Assembly (NCBI GenBank): GCA_000004985.1
Contig: GG739419.1
Direction: 5' to 3' (one strand)
From: Naegleria gruberi
Taxonomy: Eukaryota
Length of the DNA: 1,452 bases
The translations under genes were made by a program, and so were the position numbers. The notes below the pieces were generated by a model. The model did not search any database. It was given only the letters and a program-made list of their open reading frames with translations, and was not told the DNA's origin. Positions 1-1,452 of this stretch are shown here, piece after piece. The first letter of the stretch is position 1, and each line of letters begins with the position of its first letter.

Positions 1-737
1 ATGTTTGAGTAATATTGAACTCCCCAAAGTAAGAGTGTTGGTTCTTGATTAAATGATTGCTTACACAAGTTTGGACGTTGCTCCTGAACATGCAGGTTTT
101 GTTCAAAGAACACCTTATCAAGTTTTCTTTCATTCTCGCCCTTTGTCATTAATTAAGGCACCCAATACTGGAAACCTTTTTTCAAGTGTTGTATTTTATC
201 ATGTCAAGTTCTTCGTTTGATGTGGAAGATCCACTAGTAATTCAGTAAGAAACAAATCTGTCTAATTTGGAACAGCATTTCTCTAAAATGTCTAATTCAT
301 TGTAAATTTCTTCCCAGCTTGGTATGGAATTGATAAAATTCTATGTTTCATCCATTCAATCGATCATTTTCCATCATCATTTCTCGAAAACTACAATATC
401 ATTCTACTTTTCCAAAGATGTTGTAGCCAAAAGTAATATTTTATATGGTGGTTAAAGATTTGACTCTTTCTTCCTGATTTCAATTCAGATTGTGTCCAAA
501 ATTTGTACAACAATTCCAAATAATCAAGATATCAATCCCTCCTCATATCATGAAGTGAGGAATCATATTTATATGAAGAATTACCTCAGAATAATTCTCA
601 AGGTTACAAAATCCTAAATACATCAAAATACAATAAACCATGATTAGAGAATCAATAATGGATTATCTACATGTAACTAGTCTAGTTTACATCAACAAAT
701 ATTTAGTAGGTGATGTGAAATTTAATTAAAAACAGAA

Positions 738-758
738 AAATCAAGATCTTCTTGATTT
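738..758. repeat. Perfect 9-bp inverted repeat with a 3-nt spacer (potential hairpin): 'aaatcaaga'-'tct'-'tcttgattt'
   Basis: Left arm 738..746 'aaatcaaga'. Spacer 747..749 'tct'. Right arm 750..758 'tcttgattt', the exact reverse complement of the left arm. The stem is AT-rich (2 G:C of 9 pairs) and preceded by an A-run at 736..740. A BglII site 'agatct' at 744..749 spans the left arm and spacer. Confidence 0.45.
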
Positions 759-840
759 CAACGAAACAAGACGAAATAATTGATATGGTACAATAGTACT
801 AATACAAGTTTATAAAAACTGATAATAAATATGATGTTTA

Positions 841-1164
841 TTATCTATTACTATTATAGTGATGATAAACAATGATGATGGTTGGTAGTTGTTCCGATGA
901 TGATGTACCAACTTGAATTTTTCCAAATAATAAAACTATTTCCAAATCATGATGAAGGATTAAATTCCAAAAATTACTATAAATACTATTATTTAAATCA
1001 TGATGAGATGATGTGGTGAAATTCTTGATGTTAATAGATGTGAAATTACACCAAGAATCAACAGAGCCAATATTTTTCCCGTTCTTGTTGATTTCTTGTC
1101 TCCAAAGGTTCAGATGAAGACATGTTTTTAATATCTTAGACCTAAGAAAGATAAACGATGGCAT
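841..1164 (-). CDS. Hypothetical 107-aa ORF, most likely a spurious open frame in AT-rich non-coding DNA
   Basis: This is the only ORF of 100 aa or more in the six-frame track. Its start is the reverse complement of 'cat' at 1162..1164. The translation is low-complexity, rich in N/I/S/L/H, with no motif I recognise. The two 'HHDL' peptide repeats and the C-terminal 'VYHHYNSN' are direct read-outs of the ATCATGATGA and GATGATG DNA repeats on the plus strand. No ribosome-binding-site context was judged. A TATAAATA box and AATAAA motifs sit inside it on the opposite strand. Confidence 0.1.
   Translation of the reverse strand: MPSFIFLRSKILKTCLHLNLWRQEINKNGKNIGSVDSWCNFTSINIKNFTTSSHHDLNNSIYSNFWNLILHHDLEIVLLFGKIQVGTSSSEQLPTIIIVYHHYNSNR
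858..905. repeat. Short imperfect trinucleotide (ATG/GAT)n runs: 'gtgatgat' 858..866, 'atgatgatg' 872..880, 'gatgatgatg' 896..905
   Basis: Read directly from the sequence: 'gatgataaacaatgatgatggttggtagttgttccgatgatgatgtacc'. There are three short runs of 2-3 units each, interrupted by 'ggttggtagttgtt'. Confidence 0.5.
921..1009. repeat. Degenerate tandem duplication, two units of about 38-46 bp, each beginning 'ttccaaa(t/a)a(a/t)ta' and ending with an exact 'aaatcatgatga' (944..955 and 995..1006, 51 bp apart)
   Basis: Unit A is 921..958: 'ttccaaataataaaactatttccaaatcatgatgaagg'. Unit B is 964..1009: 'ttccaaaaattactataaatactattatttaaatcatgatgagatg'. Shared blocks are 'ttccaaa', 'actatt' and 'aaatcatgatga(a/g)'. 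Unit B carries an internal 'tactat aaa tactat' duplication. The alignment was done by eye only. Confidence 0.4.
977..985 (+). promoter_or_regulatory. TATA-box-like motif 'ctataaata' (plant-type TATAAATA consensus), sequence match only
   Basis: Exact 'tataaata' at 978..985. The nearest downstream plus-strand ATG (1158) opens only a 19-codon frame that ends at 'taa' 1215..1217 (MAYRGANINEHRDFQRRVL*). Similar AT-rich matches occur elsewhere: 'tataaaa' 811..817, 'tataaat' 1213..1219, 'tataaaaa' 1280..1287. This one is therefore likely a chance match in AT-rich DNA. Confidence 0.12.
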
Positions 1165-1452
1165 ATAGAGGAGCTAATATCAACGAGCACCGTGATTTCC
1201 AAAGGAGAGTTTTATAAATTTCCATGACTATCAGTCAGCAACAGATCTGGCTAAGTAAATCAAACCTTTTTGTGATGCTTATAAAAAGTTTGATTATTTT
1301 CAGAACAAACTCTAAAGGGAATTAAGGACATGTCAATGGATCTATATTTGGGGAATTCTATCATATCGCCATGTAAACTTTGTAGCTATTGGTGAAATGA
1401 AATTGTCAAGATATCTATTATTTAAATTAGACTCAAACCACAACTTTACAAA

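Noticed and set aside
738-758. The inverted-repeat hairpin as a rho-independent transcription terminator.
   Set aside because: The stem is almost entirely A:T and has no following U-run ('tcaacgaaac' follows). There is no convergent upstream ORF. The window does not look prokaryotic.
632-934. AATAAA polyadenylation-signal motifs (632..637, 824..829, 929..934).
   Set aside because: Such hexamers are expected by chance many times in DNA of this composition. No adjacent transcript or ORF gives them context.
872-1013. Multiple 'UGAUGA' C-box-like motifs (872..880, 949..955, 1000..1005) suggested a plant C/D-box snoRNA or snoRNA cluster.
   Set aside because: No 'CUGA' D box lies 50-100 nt downstream of any of them on the plus strand. 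The nearest plus-strand 'ctga' sites are 85..88, 474..477 and 808..811, all upstream. On the minus strand, the C-like 'tcatcat' at 374..379 is about 130 nt from the nearest 'tcag' (242..245), and the flanks 'gagaa' and 'auuac' cannot form a terminal stem. The motifs are better explained as an (ATG)n-type simple repeat.
977-1217. TATAAATA (978..985) plus the ATG at 1158 as a promoter and start of a plus-strand gene.
   Set aside because: The ATG at 1158 opens only a 19-codon frame (MAYRGANINEHRDFQRRVL*). TATA-like strings occur at least four times in this AT-rich window, so the match is not discriminating.
1-1452. A MITE or DNA-transposon with terminal inverted repeats and target-site duplication.
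   Set aside because: No matching inverted termini of 10 bp or more were found by eye. The candidates 'ggggaatt' (1341..1348) versus 'gaactcccc' (17..25) are imperfect. Only short internal palindromes were found, with no flanking direct duplication.
1-1452. tRNA, rRNA or other structured RNA genes, or a CRISPR array.
   Set aside because: There are no GC-rich cloverleaf-compatible segments and no GTTCGA/T-loop-like box. There are no regularly spaced direct repeats of 24-40 bp. The only tandem structure is the degenerate two-unit duplication at 921..1009.

Overview
I see nothing here that supports a novel biological system; this looks like an ordinary AT-rich non-coding region. The 1452-bp window is roughly one-third G+C by eye (not computed), and stop codons are dense in all six frames. 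Its only ORF of 100 aa or more is a low-complexity 107-aa minus-strand frame (841..1164). That frame's repeated peptide motifs come directly from a simple DNA repeat, so it is very probably spurious. An ORF-free stretch this long would be unusual in bacterial or phage chromosomal DNA. Together with TATAAATA-like boxes, AATAAA motifs, several splice-donor/acceptor-like strings and dispersed short A/T-rich word repeats, this points to eukaryotic intergenic or intronic sequence, plant-like in flavour. That attribution is an inference, not a demonstration. No tRNA, rRNA, CRISPR array, convincing mobile-element termini or recognisable protein domain is visible. Directly observable structure is limited to: (i) an ATGATGA/GATGATG-rich block with short trinucleotide runs (858..905); (ii) a degenerate tandem duplication of about 45-51 bp carrying two exact copies of 'aaatcatgatga' (921..1009); (iii) a perfect 9-bp inverted repeat with a 3-nt spacer (738..758); (iv) several exactly repeated 10-11-mers scattered across the window.
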